Shown here one piece after another: positions 28,173 to 38,048 of a stretch of DNA of 64,000 nt. The stretch is from a virus. Within the stretch, counting starts at the first letter, position 1. Every line of letters starts with the position of its first letter. The stretch covers positions 34,930 through 98,929 of the IMG/VR virus record IMGVR_UViG_3300047552_000910; one strand, written 5' to 3'. The position numbers and the translations under genes were made by a program. Below the pieces are notes generated by a model that was not told where the DNA came from, ran no database searches, and saw only the letters and a list, made by a program, of their open reading frames with translations.

Positions 28173-28720
28173 TCGCCTGTATATTTACAATGCGATTTTG
28201 CAGTTTCCCACAATTCTACTGATACAACAGTAGCAAAGTCTTTAATTTGCGATTGCACATATTGTTTAATATGTTTACAAATATTTTCAGAAGTAGGAAC
28301 AAAATCAACCAATACAAACGAATCAACAAATTCATCCATTAGCGTATCTGCATCTAACGGTAATGCTCCGGAGCACAACTCTCCGAGATTTGTAAAATTT
28401 AACAACGGACCAGGAGCCCATTTCATCCCTGTAATTGTACGGAATAACGGATCGTTAACATCGATCATAAACTTATGATCTAGTACTTCGTCGACAAACT
28501 TTTTTACGAAGTTTAAGTTCTTAAAATCTGTAACCATTCCAGACTGATCTAATTTATCCGATCCAAGATGCACTTTAATCGTATAGCTGTGGCCGTGAAG
28601 ATGTTTGCATTTTGTGTACGTATCGATACTAAGCTCTGGATTATTTAGTTGTTGTGCCCAAACACGATGCCCCATTTCAAAATTAAAACTTTTTGATATT
28701 GTCCACTTATAGTCGTTCAT
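28169..28720 (-). CDS. queD: 6-carboxy-5,6,7,8-tetrahydropterin synthase (QueD/PTPS)
   Basis: F.FEMGH, KC.HLHGHSY, GMV.DF, LDH, PTSENI, ELWET. Confidence 0.9.
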   Translation of the reverse strand: MNDYKWTISKSFNFEMGHRVWAQQLNNPELSIDTYTKCKHLHGHSYTIKVHLGSDKLDQSGMVTDFKNLNFVKKFVDEVLDHKFMIDVNDPLFRTITGMKWAPGPLLNFTNLGELCSGALPLDADTLMDEFVDSFVLVDFVPTSENICKHIKQYVQSQIKDFATVVSVELWETAKSHCKYTGE

Positions 28721-28741
28721 TTAACGCTCCTTAAAATATAT

Positions 28742-28781
28742 ATTTTATACGAAATAAAAAAGAAAAGCAAATTTATAAATA
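28742..28781. promoter_or_regulatory. Back-to-back promoters: TTGCTT-17-TAAAAT (-, queD) and TATAAATA (+, endonuclease)
   Basis: Motifs read at 28742-28770 and 28774-28781. Confidence 0.6.
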
Positions 28782-28841
28782 ATGGTGTAGTTCGCGGAAC
28801 ACCCATTCCCAACTACCCTAACAATATGGAGCATTGCCAGC

Positions 28842-29504
28842 ATGAATATTTATTATGTTTACGCATATTTACGAAACAAATCTTCCCAAATAGCAGAAAT
28901 TGGAACGCCTTATTACATCGGCAAAGGTAAAAATAATAGAGCGTATCAGAAACACCGAACTGGTTCACGCGGCATTTCGCTTCCTTTAGACAAATCTAAT
29001 ATTGTAATATTAGAAAGAAATTTAACCGAAGTTGGTGCACTTGCATTAGAGCGCAGAATGATAAGATGGTATGGCCGGAAAGATTTAGGAACCGGTATAT
29101 TGCTAAACTTAACAGACGGCGGAGACGGTGCTCCAAATGTTATAATTACAGAAAATAAAAGGTTAAAACTGCAAGCTGCGGCCCGCCACCGCCCGCCGTT
29201 ATCAGCAGAAACCAGAGAAAAAATAGGTAGAAAACATGCTGGTATGAAAAAATTTTCAGAAGAGCAAAAAATTGAAATGTCATCTAATCGGGCATTATGC
29301 AGGTGGTGGAATAACGGTATAATTCAATTTTTTGTTCCGACTCCGCCCGATTCTTCTTTTATTCGAGGAAGACTGCCTTTTAATAACATAGGAGCTAAAA
29401 TAGGTTCTGACATAAACAAAGAAAAAAGGTGGTGGACTAATGGAAGCACTCAGGTATTTTCTAAAGGCTGTCCTAACGAAGAATTTAGACCAGGACGAAA
29501 ATAA
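28842..29504 (+). CDS. GIY-YIG-like free-standing homing endonuclease with NUMOD3-like motif
   Basis: YYVYAY...PYYIGKG..R, LALE..MI..YGR...[16 protein letters not shown], two WW.NG repeats; opposite strand to neighbours. Confidence 0.82.
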   Translation: MNIYYVYAYLRNKSSQIAEIGTPYYIGKGKNNRAYQKHRTGSRGISLPLDKSNIVILERNLTEVGALALERRMIRWYGRKDLGTGILLNLTDGGDGAPNVIITENKRLKLQAAARHRPPLSAETREKIGRKHAGMKKFSEEQKIEMSSNRALCRWWNNGIIQFFVPTPPDSSFIRGRLPFNNIGAKIGSDINKEKRWWTNGSTQVFSKGCPNEEFRPGRK

Positions 29505-29506
29505 AA

Positions 29507-29605
29507 TTATACAATATCAAGCTCTGGGTTATTTAATTGCTGTGCCCACACCCGGTGGCCCATTTCGAAATTAAAACTTTTTGATATTGTCCACTTGTAA
29601 TCCAT
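29507..29605 (-). pseudogene. queD: Orphaned 5' fragment of queD (32 codons)
   Basis: MDYKWTISKSFNFEMGHRVWAQQLNNPELDIV*: 28 aa identical to QueD residues 3-30. Confidence 0.9.
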
Positions 29606-29610
29606 AATTT

Positions 29611-30855
29611 TTAGCCTGTTTTTAATAGAATGATATTATCGTTCATTCTGCCTGTTGCTCGAATGTCGACTGTAGTAACGTCGTCTAGAAACTTACGTAG
29701 TGCTACTTTATTAGCTGCTTTAAACGCAGCAATCTGCACTACTGGTTGCCTTAATGTTTTACCGATGCTTCTAGTTTCATCAAATCCAATAATACTAGTT
29801 CCTTTGACTGACAATGTAGAATTATCTGATGTTACGTATTTAAACAATTTTCGAGTATTAGTATCGTATGCCCACAATTCTTTAGCACCAATAATATCAA
29901 CAGGGTTGATACTTACTAGCTTGAGGAATTCATCTATTTTCTTGTATTTCAAAGAAGCCACTATTTTATCTTTAGGAACAACCTTGGAAATAGTCTTACG
30001 AACTGTTGGTTTACGAACAACTTTAGCTTCTTCAGTTAAGATTTTGCAAGCAGACATAATTTCTTGGTAGAAAGTAATCAACCCTCGAATTTGCTTTTTA
30101 CTACGAGTATTATATCCTTCTCTTAACTGAGGATCGGCATTACTAGAAGCAAGTTCCAATAATTCAGTTAAAGGAGAAGTATAGAAATCTGTAATAATAC
30201 GAGCATGCGCAGGTTTTACTTGCTTACCTTTCAAATAGTTTAGTACTTTGAACGCACTAAATAATTGTTCGTCGCCAGAAACCCAATAATCTTCAATCAA
30301 TTCATCGATGTCTACCACCATATTTAGAGCAATGTCTTTAACTCGTTCTTGAATAGAAACTACAGGTTTAGAAACTGCTTTGGTTATTGGTGTAACTGGT
30401 TGTTGCGTATCGGTACTAACTTCGTCTACTAGTAGTAAGTCATTTTTCCCGTCTTGAATAGCTTGATTCACCATCTTAAGGAGCCATTCAGAGCAATCCT
30501 TACCGTTATTAAAGTCGTCTCGTTGGGGAGTCATTCCTTTAATTAAAGAAGAAGCAATAGCACCCATAGTAACAGAGCATCGCCAATCTTTAGTTTTCTT
30601 AAACTTAGCAATATCAGTTGATTCTGCACCGATATTAGTAAGCCACTTAATAACAATTGGCTTTAAGTCTTTACCGGAGTATTTAAGATTATAATAATTC
30701 AGTGCCTTATAGAAGTTAGAAGAAAACTCGTCTACCTCCCACATATCGCATCCGTCCCAAGACGGCGAGTTATCTACCTTAGACGATGCACGATGCTTAT
30801 CGATTTGCTTTGCTGTGACCCGCGTCCGTGTTGCTACTTTTGCACGTAATGCCAT
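29611..30855 (-). CDS. Hypothetical phage protein
   Basis: 414-aa ORF with own sigma70 promoter; LVSINPVDIIGA..LW.Y.T..RKL...L.VKGT C-terminal domain. Confidence 0.7.
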   Translation of the reverse strand: MALRAKVATRTRVTAKQIDKHRASSKVDNSPSWDGCDMWEVDEFSSNFYKALNYYNLKYSGKDLKPIVIKWLTNIGAESTDIAKFKKTKDWRCSVTMGAIASSLIKGMTPQRDDFNNGKDCSEWLLKMVNQAIQDGKNDLLLVDEVSTDTQQPVTPITKAVSKPVVSIQERVKDIALNMVVDIDELIEDYWVSGDEQLFSAFKVLNYLKGKQVKPAHARIITDFYTSPLTELLELASSNADPQLREGYNTRSKKQIRGLITFYQEIMSACKILTEEAKVVRKPTVRKTISKVVPKDKIVASLKYKKIDEFLKLVSINPVDIIGAKELWAYDTNTRKLFKYVTSDNSTLSVKGTSIIGFDETRSIGKTLRQPVVQIAAFKAANKVALRKFLDDVTTVDIRATGRMNDNIILLKTG

Positions 30856-30887
30856 GTTATGATGCCTTTAAAATAGACTGTATATAC

Positions 30888-30916
30888 ATTATACACGGTA
30901 TCACATAACTAGTCAA
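30888..30916 (-). promoter_or_regulatory. sigma70-type promoter TTGACT-17-TATAAT
   Basis: Direct motif match. Confidence 0.75.
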
Positions 30917-31740
30917 GTCCAAAGTGCTCGTCTAATGTTAATTAACCGAATCAACATTTCGGTATCTTCATTATGATAATCTTGTTCGATTATATTAGTC
31001 TTATTTAATGCCGCAGCAGTTAGTTCTTGCTCTTCGGGGGTTTCGTCACCAATTCCTCCAAGAGAAAACCCCCTTTGGTCGCAAATAGCAGACCACCCGC
31101 TAGTATCGTGAGGATCTTCTCTTTCCGGACGAATTCTAGTCCACCAGTTATACAGCTCAAGAATCTCTTTCGCTTGAATTGCTTGGGGTGTTGGTTGTCC
31201 ATAATTTGGATCATCTTTGTCCGCCCACTCGTCGTCCATTACCAAGCTAGAAGCCCACTTTAAATGGTCGACGCCTGCTTTTTCACATCTCCAAGTGCGC
31301 CACCTAAACCAGCCTGTTGCATACCAAGGAGTATTGTACTCTTTTTCGGCGGTCTCGGAAAAAACCACGGACATCCATGCTTGTTCAATTGTCACAAAGT
31401 TGACTAATTCGTCAAATAAACAATGTAGCATTCGTTCATCAAACTCGTGCCATTCTCCTTTTTTCAAGGAAAAAGAAGTTAGTGTGTGAGTTTTAGTAAC
31501 AAATCTGTTATTAATCCAATATTTAACGGTATACAACCTATCTAATGGCCAATAAACAGTGTTTTGCAGCATATCCAAAAACTCTTCAGCAATCCAAAAG
31601 CGTAACGGGTGTGCCTTCTTTGCAACAGCATCCCATTCGCGCCAGCCTTTGCTTGTTTCTGCTTTAGGTTTAACTGTTCCGCGAATCCTATTAGCTAAGT
31701 CGGAATTACTCCAGTAATGAACTCTCATATTGGCCACCAT
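30913..31740 (-). CDS. Hypothetical Trp-rich protein
   Basis: 275-aa ORF. Confidence 0.65.
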   Translation of the reverse strand: MVANMRVHYWSNSDLANRIRGTVKPKAETSKGWREWDAVAKKAHPLRFWIAEEFLDMLQNTVYWPLDRLYTVKYWINNRFVTKTHTLTSFSLKKGEWHEFDERMLHCLFDELVNFVTIEQAWMSVVFSETAEKEYNTPWYATGWFRWRTWRCEKAGVDHLKWASSLVMDDEWADKDDPNYGQPTPQAIQAKEILELYNWWTRIRPEREDPHDTSGWSAICDQRGFSLGGIGDETPEEQELTAAALNKTNIIEQDYHNEDTEMLIRLINIRRALWT

Positions 31741-32027
31741 TTATTGAATTTTAAATAATATAGATTATACAGTTTTTTGTGAAGCCAAATCGGCTTCTTA
31801 AATTTGAAGAAATTTTCTGATTTAAAATCATACGAAAAATGCGACCCTACGCATAATTCAAACAATTTCCACCGAAAAACCCATTTACATTTTTCGAAAA
31901 ATGTTAATTGGTACAAATTGTACCCGTCCTCTTCGTATTCGGCAGTATATTTATACAACTTTCCGCGATATTCACATAAACCGCGTAACGGTTTATCGTA
32001 AAAATCCGAAATGAATAGTAGTTTCAT
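31725..32027 (-). CDS. Hypothetical protein
   Basis: 100-aa ORF in operon. Confidence 0.5.
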   Translation of the reverse strand: MKLLFISDFYDKPLRGLCEYRGKLYKYTAEYEEDGYNLYQLTFFEKCKWVFRWKLFELCVGSHFSYDFKSENFFKFKKPIWLHKKLYNLYYLKFNKWWPI

Positions 32028-32033
32028 GGTTTG

Positions 32034-32495
32034 CTATTGTTTAGTGGACCCGAAACCATTTTCTCCCCGAATAGTATTATTAGAAAACTCGTTTACTATA
32101 GAAAAATCAGCTTTTGCAGTATACAACAGCATTGCTTGGGCGATATATTCACCCGGTTCGATGACAATCGGTCCTAATGTTCTATTATAGACACAAGCTG
32201 TTAATTGACCTTGATAGTCGGAGTCTATCACGCCTGAACTATTCCCTAATACTACACCTTTTTTACAACCTTTACCTGACCTAGGAACCATTAACAAAAC
32301 ATAAGACGGGTCTTTAATCCAAATAGATAGTCCAGTTGATATAAATGCAGTATTAAACGGTGCAATGTAAACTGGTTGGTCCGTTGCTGCTAATAAATCA
32401 AATGCAGCAGACCCGTCTGTAGCATAAGTAGGTGATTCCCAAACTCCATTTAAAAAGTTAGGATGTAAAAGTTTTAATTCGACTGGTAATTTCAT
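32034..32495 (-). CDS. dut: Trimeric dUTPase
   Basis: SAAFDL, PRSG, GVIDSDYQG, IAQ, RGENGFGST. Confidence 0.93.
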   Translation of the reverse strand: MKLPVELKLLHPNFLNGVWESPTYATDGSAAFDLLAATDQPVYIAPFNTAFISTGLSIWIKDPSYVLLMVPRSGKGCKKGVVLGNSSGVIDSDYQGQLTACVYNRTLGPIVIEPGEYIAQAMLLYTAKADFSIVNEFSNNTIRGENGFGSTKQ

Positions 32496-32503
32496 GATGT
32501 TCC

Positions 32504-32809
32504 TTATTGTAATTCAGTTTCTATTGCGTTAACTTCTTTATCATCGGTGCAAGGAACCACTTCTCCTTTTTCATTTAGGAAAATAGTTCCCCATACTTGA
32601 TTATCTTCTCTAAATTCAACAAATACTCGTTTATATATACAAAACAGCCGAGCATACGCAACAATATCTTCTTTTTCTTCATTTGTTTGAGCTTCTACTG
32701 TTTCTTTTTTACAGCTTCGTTCGGTGCCGTTGAGAGTAAAGATAAAAAATATCAAAATTAACGAGTAGATAGTCATCATAACCAAAAAAGTAATATCAGA
32801 CTTGTTCAT
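32504..32809 (-). CDS. Hypothetical membrane-anchored protein
   Basis: N-terminal TM helix. Confidence 0.5.
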   Translation of the reverse strand: MNKSDITFLVMMTIYSLILIFFIFTLNGTERSCKKETVEAQTNEEKEDIVAYARLFCIYKRVFVEFREDNQVWGTIFLNEKGEVVPCTDDKEVNAIETELQ

Positions 32810-33027
32810 CTAAGTAAATCCATAGTTAATTCTTGCCCATAAACATGAGCAACTGGTTTAATCCAGCCGTTTAGTAGAGCTTGCCGAATAATCGTATCAT
32901 ATTCTGGAGGACAACTATCTGATATTTGAAAGCCTGCTCGTGGACAAATAGTATTTCCGCTTCTTAATAGGAATTGCGGGTGATCTTGCTGAATAGTCCT
33001 GATATTACATAGTTTAGTTTTAATCAT
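32806..33027 (-). CDS. Hypothetical protein
   Basis: 73-aa coupled ORF. Confidence 0.55.
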   Translation of the reverse strand: MIKTKLCNIRTIQQDHPQFLLRSGNTICPRAGFQISDSCPPEYDTIIRQALLNGWIKPVAHVYGQELTMDLLR

Positions 33028-34361
33028 TACAGCTTTTCACCTGGTTGGAAGCCACGAAAACGAGAAAATCTCGGAAATCTAATACTATATGTGTTGTCTT
33101 GGTTTTGCGTTACAGCATCCCCATAGCACTCGATAATTTGCCCAATAAGGTCGCGCTTATGCTGCCAAAAATCAATACGATCATTGTCAGACAATCCACT
33201 GCCAACGTTAACTTGAATAAGTCTTCCTTCATCAATGCCCTTGCAAACCATTGCTCCAAGTCGTCCTGCATTCTTACCTGTGCCTTCTTCAACATCTATT
33301 ATCTCCAAATCTACAGAAATTACTGGCTTTAGCTTTAGCCATGCTGTACTTCTTTTACATTCATACGGAGCAGTTGGATCTTTAATTAGCAATCCTTCGT
33401 ATCCGTTGTCTAATGCTAGCTTGTTTATTTCCGTAAACTTAGTTTTACCGTCTTCAGTATCAAGATTTACTGTTTCTTGCCCTAACAGTTGGACATTAGG
33501 CAGTTGTTCTGATAGCGGAGTGTACCAATCTCTCAAATCATTAGAACGTTGTGTTTGTGATACTTCGTAAACACCACGTTTAAACTCAGTTAATGGAATC
33601 ATGTCAAACAAGTGAAGTACTGCGTCGCTTGTTTCTACGTTTTCTTTTCGTCTAAGTTGTTTCATTAAATCCTGGAAAGAACTTGACATAATTTCGCCGT
33701 CGAATACCATTGGTTCTTTAATAGTATCACTAATCGTACGAAATTGCTCCGTAATCTTATTAAAGTTTACTAATTCTTTTCCATTACGAGAAAATTGCAT
33801 AACATTATCAGGATACACAATAGTCAATACTCGTGTTCCGTCAAGCTTGGTTTCAATAATCTTTTCACCACTTAGCTTTGATTCGTGCTTTTTAGAATCA
33901 AACGCGAGTTGACATTCGAACACTGGAATAGTGTAGTTAGGATTGATATTCTTAACTACCTTATTTATAGTAACCTCGCTTAGTCCCGCCCGCAAGTCTT
34001 TAATAAGAATACGGCGATACCAATCGTTCCATTGTTCAATAGTTGATAGTTTCATTGAAACGTTAATTAAGTCGCGAGCAGCATTGCCCGTAACGTCCCT
34101 GTTACTTAGTGCTCGCAGTTCCTTTAAAAACAATGCCCAGTTATATCCAGGGCCGCTTGGTCCTTTATGGACTGGGATTTGCTTAACACCAAATGTTACT
34201 AACGAGTCTAATGCCAGTTTAAAACCGAGAAACAATTCGTTATTGTTTGCAATTGCTTCTCGTTCAATAATAGCCTCTTTAGCCAAACGAGAAGAAGTAC
34301 TTTCTAGTTCTTGGATAACAGACCATGCTTGTTGCATTTTAAAATCTCGATTTAGTTTCAA
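33027..34361 (-). CDS. lig: ATP-dependent DNA ligase
   Basis: ETKLDGTR (motif I), FDGE, EGLLIK, WLKLKP, VGSG, RFPRF. Confidence 0.92.
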   Translation of the reverse strand: MKLNRDFKMQQAWSVIQELESTSSRLAKEAIIEREAIANNNELFLGFKLALDSLVTFGVKQIPVHKGPSGPGYNWALFLKELRALSNRDVTGNAARDLINVSMKLSTIEQWNDWYRRILIKDLRAGLSEVTINKVVKNINPNYTIPVFECQLAFDSKKHESKLSGEKIIETKLDGTRVLTIVYPDNVMQFSRNGKELVNFNKITEQFRTISDTIKEPMVFDGEIMSSSFQDLMKQLRRKENVETSDAVLHLFDMIPLTEFKRGVYEVSQTQRSNDLRDWYTPLSEQLPNVQLLGQETVNLDTEDGKTKFTEINKLALDNGYEGLLIKDPTAPYECKRSTAWLKLKPVISVDLEIIDVEEGTGKNAGRLGAMVCKGIDEGRLIQVNVGSGLSDNDRIDFWQHKRDLIGQIIECYGDAVTQNQDNTYSIRFPRFSRFRGFQPGEKL

Positions 34362-34569
34362 TTACAGCAGGACCATTTGAAATAAATGACCTACCTCCCA
34401 TTTTACCTTCAAAGACTTTACCGTTCCATTGAAGGTTTAATCTCACTGCTTTTCCAAGGCTAACTGACAAAAAAGCTTTTTCCTTGAAAGAAAGTAAATC
34501 TGCGAGGACGCGTTTATTGTTGTCCTCGCAGACAACTTCACATGTGTCTGCTACATGCCTTGCCATCAA
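34339..34569 (-). CDS. Hypothetical protein
   Basis: 76-aa ORF. Confidence 0.5.
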   Translation of the reverse strand: MMARHVADTCEVVCEDNNKRVLADLLSFKEKAFLSVSLGKAVRLNLQWNGKVFEGKMGGRSFISNGPAVIETKSRF

Positions 34570-34829
34570 GAAGCAAATTCAACTTCTTCGATGCGATCCA
34601 TACGGAAGCTACGCCAATCATTAACATCGACATCAAAAACAGTTACCACATCAGCATTGTTATTGGTGATTGGGGCAGGGATTACTTCCGGGTTCGTAGT
34701 ACACTTCATTACCCGAGTAGACCCATTTACCTTCTTAAAAGTAACAGTGACTACACCAGCAACTAGTTGCTTAGTAAGCGTGTTCTTAAAATTCATAAAT
34801 TCTACGTTATTCATCTTTTCAATCTTCAT
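34566..34829 (-). CDS. WYL-like/SH3-barrel small phage protein
   Basis: V.VTF.KVNGSTR.M.CT...VFDVD...WRSFR.D.I. Confidence 0.65.
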   Translation of the reverse strand: MKIEKMNNVEFMNFKNTLTKQLVAGVVTVTFKKVNGSTRVMKCTTNPEVIPAPITNNNADVVTVFDVDVNDWRSFRMDRIEEVEFAS

Positions 34830-34885
34830 TTTTAATGCCCTTAGTTAAGTTTAAGTATATATTTTACTGCGTTTTAGGTTCTGCG

Positions 34886-35749
34886 TCAAACTTCAATAAT
34901 CATATGTTCGTCCCATCCTGTATTTTCAGATTCAGTATAGTGATCTGATTGATATCCTCGGGGATTACACACAACCTTTGTTGTACCAACATCATATTGA
35001 CATGCGGTATGCATGTGACCATGTGTCCATAGTACAATTTCTGGATAATCGAGTATAAATTCGCTTAATTCGGAACGATACCCTCCATTCATTATCGTTT
35101 GATCCGCATACATCGGCGGAACACTTTTACCGGTCGGTGCGTGATGACCAATTATTACTACTTTTTCTTTATTGGAATCGGCTCTTAATGTGTTAAGTTC
35201 TTTTTTGAAATAGGAAAGTGTGTCTCGATGCCGTATAGCAACATCTTCAGGCGTAACTACACGATAACCAGCTCCGTCGTGCCTGATAAGACGAAAATCA
35301 TTCATCATATTCTTGATGGCATGCATTGTGATAGGATCGTGCTTATTCATGTTAGTCCACAACGTTGCTCCTATAAACGTAACATCGTTTATTTTCACTG
35401 TGTTATTTTCTAAAAAATGAATATTTGGATATTTTGCGTATTCTTCCCTAAGATAATCTAATCCAAGTACCCATTTACCGTTATAAAACTCATGGTTGCC
35501 TGCAATTGCGCAAACAAATTCAAACTCTTCAGAACACTGCTTTAAGAAGCGACGATAATCGCTTGCTCTTTGGTGCTTTGTTGGAACAGAATATGGGGAG
35601 TACAAGTTTTCACCGTTCGGATCAGAATCATGCAACTCTTGTGAGAGCATGATATCACCGGATAGAATTAATCCGTCGGCTTTTTGCGTATTTCTTATAT
35701 CATAGAAAGAAAATTCTAGATGGACATCTGATACTAATGATAATTTCAT
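34886..35749 (-). CDS. Calcineurin-like metallophosphoesterase
   Basis: SDVHLE, LSGD, AGNHEFY, GHHAP, HGHMH, NPRGY. Confidence 0.88.
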   Translation of the reverse strand: MKLSLVSDVHLEFSFYDIRNTQKADGLILSGDIMLSQELHDSDPNGENLYSPYSVPTKHQRASDYRRFLKQCSEEFEFVCAIAGNHEFYNGKWVLGLDYLREEYAKYPNIHFLENNTVKINDVTFIGATLWTNMNKHDPITMHAIKNMMNDFRLIRHDGAGYRVVTPEDVAIRHRDTLSYFKKELNTLRADSNKEKVVIIGHHAPTGKSVPPMYADQTIMNGGYRSELSEFILDYPEIVLWTHGHMHTACQYDVGTTKVVCNPRGYQSDHYTESENTGWDEHMIIEV

Positions 35750-35780
35750 TGGATTTTTTTACTAAAAAGTTAATGTAAAA

Positions 35781-36482
35781 CTATTGTACGGCTTTAACGT
35801 AGTTAAGTCTAGCAGACGGAACTTTAAAAAGCCAATGTGTGGAGTAATCTTTAATATTCGCTCGAACAACCACACAATTACCAACAACAAATTTATGTTT
35901 AGAGGACCACGTGGCTAAAAAGGAATTATCGATAATAGCAGTAACATTCCACCCGTCGTATGTCGTTGCTTTACTAACATCTAGAATGTCACAGTCTCTA
36001 TCGAAAATAGTAGACCCAACAGTACCTAAGTTTTTAGGATCAAATTCGGCAGCTAATTTCTTAATTCGAGATTCTGCTTTAGCTCTATTGTATGATGTGG
36101 GTAAACAAGCAATAAATGCCATATCGTTCGCTTTAACTGTGTCGCCTTCAAGAATCTTAAACAACTTAGTTTGGAATTCGTTTGTTCCGATAATTGCCGC
36201 AAAAATTAACCTACGAAAATAGTTTTTAATCTCCGTAGCAAATTCTACATCTTCCGGAAGAAGTTCTATCGGTGCCGGAGTAAACTCATCCGGGTTGTTA
36301 TACGGATTGAGTGTTGCTATGATAATTGACTTGTTATTGTATATCCAGCCGCGTTGAGTATTGCCTTCATAGGCAGGTTCCATTTGTTTAATATAACCGC
36401 CGTTGTGGCGATATGCTGCACAAGATGCAACTACTGCGTCTTCTACTCGAAATGAGGTTGCTGGTTCCTTATACATAGTCAT
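35781..36482 (-). CDS. Hypothetical protein
   Basis: 233-aa ORF; C-terminus possibly OB-fold-like. Confidence 0.6.
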   Translation of the reverse strand: MTMYKEPATSFRVEDAVVASCAAYRHNGGYIKQMEPAYEGNTQRGWIYNNKSIIIATLNPYNNPDEFTPAPIELLPEDVEFATEIKNYFRRLIFAAIIGTNEFQTKLFKILEGDTVKANDMAFIACLPTSYNRAKAESRIKKLAAEFDPKNLGTVGSTIFDRDCDILDVSKATTYDGWNVTAIIDNSFLATWSSKHKFVVGNCVVVRANIKDYSTHWLFKVPSARLNYVKAVQ

Positions 36483-36706
36483 AGTCTGTATACAATTCTG
36501 CCTCGAGTTATATCATAAGCAGATACTTCTATCTTTACAGTATCGCCCATAATTATTCTAATTTTATTTTGTTTAAGTCTGCCAGAAATATAGCAAAGTA
36601 GTAAATGGTCAATGTTATCTACTTTTACCTTAAACATACTGCCTGGAAGTGCGTCTGCTATAACGCCTTCTAATTCTATAATATCGTCTCTGCTCGATGG
36701 TGTCAT
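36479..36706 (-). CDS. infA: Translation initiation factor IF-1
   Basis: [18 protein letters not shown]....[10 protein letters not shown]....[20 protein letters not shown]. Confidence 0.92.
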   Translation of the reverse strand: MTPSSRDDIIELEGVIADALPGSMFKVKVDNIDHLLLCYISGRLKQNKIRIIMGDTVKIEVSAYDITRGRIVYRL

Positions 36707-36983
36707 TATTAGTTTTCTTACTTACTAAAATGGTACAGGTATTTACCTCCGGGCTAAGAGACCAAAAAGCACAGCCAGCCACGGTATATTTATACTTGCC
36801 GAATCCTGCTTTTTGACTGTACTTATTGCATTCAGTATCAATATTGCCCTCTACCGTAATCACCGTAATTGTAGTGGTCATAGTAGTAATAGGCAACGTC
36901 CAAAGCTCGGTTGGAGACTTTTCTAGTCTAGCAGAAACAGTAAACGAAGACGCAAGCAATGCAGTTAGAAGTAGTTTACGCAT
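36630..36983 (-). CDS. Secreted hypothetical protein, 3' end apparently truncated and running out of frame into infA
   Basis: Signal peptide [13 protein letters not shown]; abnormal Arg-rich tail overlapping infA by 77 nt. Confidence 0.5.
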   Translation of the reverse strand: MRKLLLTALLASSFTVSARLEKSPTELWTLPITTMTTTITVITVEGNIDTECNKYSQKAGFGKYKYTVAGCAFWSLSPEVNTCTILVSKKTNNDTIEQRRYYRIRRRYSRRTSRQYV

Positions 36984-36990
36984 GGCAATC

Positions 36991-37452
36991 TCAGATGATA
37001 ATAATTTCGTTAAATCCTTCATCGAGCGAAGGGACTGTAAATTGGTTAATCATTTGTTTTAGAACAAATCCAGGAATATGCTTCCCAGGACGAGTTCGTA
37101 ATCTTCTAGAAAGTTCTTCGTCCGGCGGTGTAAAAAATACTACAGCAATTGTATAGTAATCGTCTAATAATCTTAATTTTTTCGCTCGTGCTTTTCTCGA
37201 AGTGGACGTTTGGTCCCAGATAATATTTTTATTATTATCCGTAGCATTTTTCAACGCACGAAACATTAATCTGATTGCACGATGTATCACTGAATCAAAG
37301 ATTTCAGAATAAGTAGTATTCAATCTACGAGCAAATTTTTCAACATAATTGTCAGTTGAAATAATTTTATAATCTGATAATGTTGGTTGTTTAGCGATCC
37401 AAGTACTTTTGCCGGATCCAGGTACACCTACTAAAATATATGCAGTCTTCAT
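36991..37452 (-). CDS. P-loop kinase (polynucleotide-kinase-like, AAA_33 type)
   Basis: ILVGVPGSGKSTW, ISTD, IIWDQT....R, R...R. Confidence 0.8.
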   Translation of the reverse strand: MKTAYILVGVPGSGKSTWIAKQPTLSDYKIISTDNYVEKFARRLNTTYSEIFDSVIHRAIRLMFRALKNATDNNKNIIWDQTSTSRKARAKKLRLLDDYYTIAVVFFTPPDEELSRRLRTRPGKHIPGFVLKQMINQFTVPSLDEGFNEIIII

Positions 37453-37544
37453 ATCGGAAAATGAGAAACCCGGTGAAATTGTTAACATCTTAATACTTGT
37501 CTAGTTAATTGTTATAGTTATTATAACAAGTTCTGTGGAGTAAA

Positions 37545-38048
37545 TCAAGCATACAATAGTTGTTTGGCAAATGTATAAAGCGTGATGTTGCCGTCAGCCA
37601 ATACATCCAATAGTAGCTTACTTTCTCCTACATAAACTTTGGCGAAGTCGGGGTCATTTTTTTTAATATCGATTACATTCGAAATAATGTCGGCCAATTT
37701 TACAGTTTTTGCATCAGCCGATGCTCTACTAATGTGTTCTCTGTCGAGCTTTTTCCTGGTAGCACGATTGCCGTCTTCTTTACAAGAAACATCAGTAAGC
37801 CAATACACCAAATCGCCAACAACATCGCCGAATTCATCTCGAATTAGTTCGAGTGTTACTTTGGTATCTTCCACAACATCATGTAAGTATGCAGCAGCTA
37901 CCATTTCGTCTGTGTGATCAACGGATTCTACTAATTGTGCTACCGCAATGGGATGAACCCAATACGGTTGATGCGTATATTTTCTTGTTTGTCCTATTGC
38001 AGAATGTGCTGCAATAGCAAATGCTTTTGCTTTGTCTCTAAGAATCAT
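37545..38048 (-). CDS. HD-domain hydrolase, Mesh1/SpoT (p)ppGpp-hydrolase-like
   Basis: A..AH..Q.RK....PY..HP..VA, AAYLHDVVEDT, FG..V..LV..LT, VKLAD..SN. Confidence 0.85.
   Translation of the reverse strand: MILRDKAKAFAIAAHSAIGQTRKYTHQPYWVHPIAVAQLVESVDHTDEMVAAAYLHDVVEDTKVTLELIRDEFGDVVGDLVYWLTDVSCKEDGNRATRKKLDREHISRASADAKTVKLADIISNVIDIKKNDPDFAKVYVGESKLLLDVLADGNITLYTFAKQLLYA

Noticed and set aside
28631-29519. Group I intron in queD
   Set aside because: The endonuclease is antisense, no intron core is visible, the segment would not end in G, and the downstream queD is already complete with its own promoter
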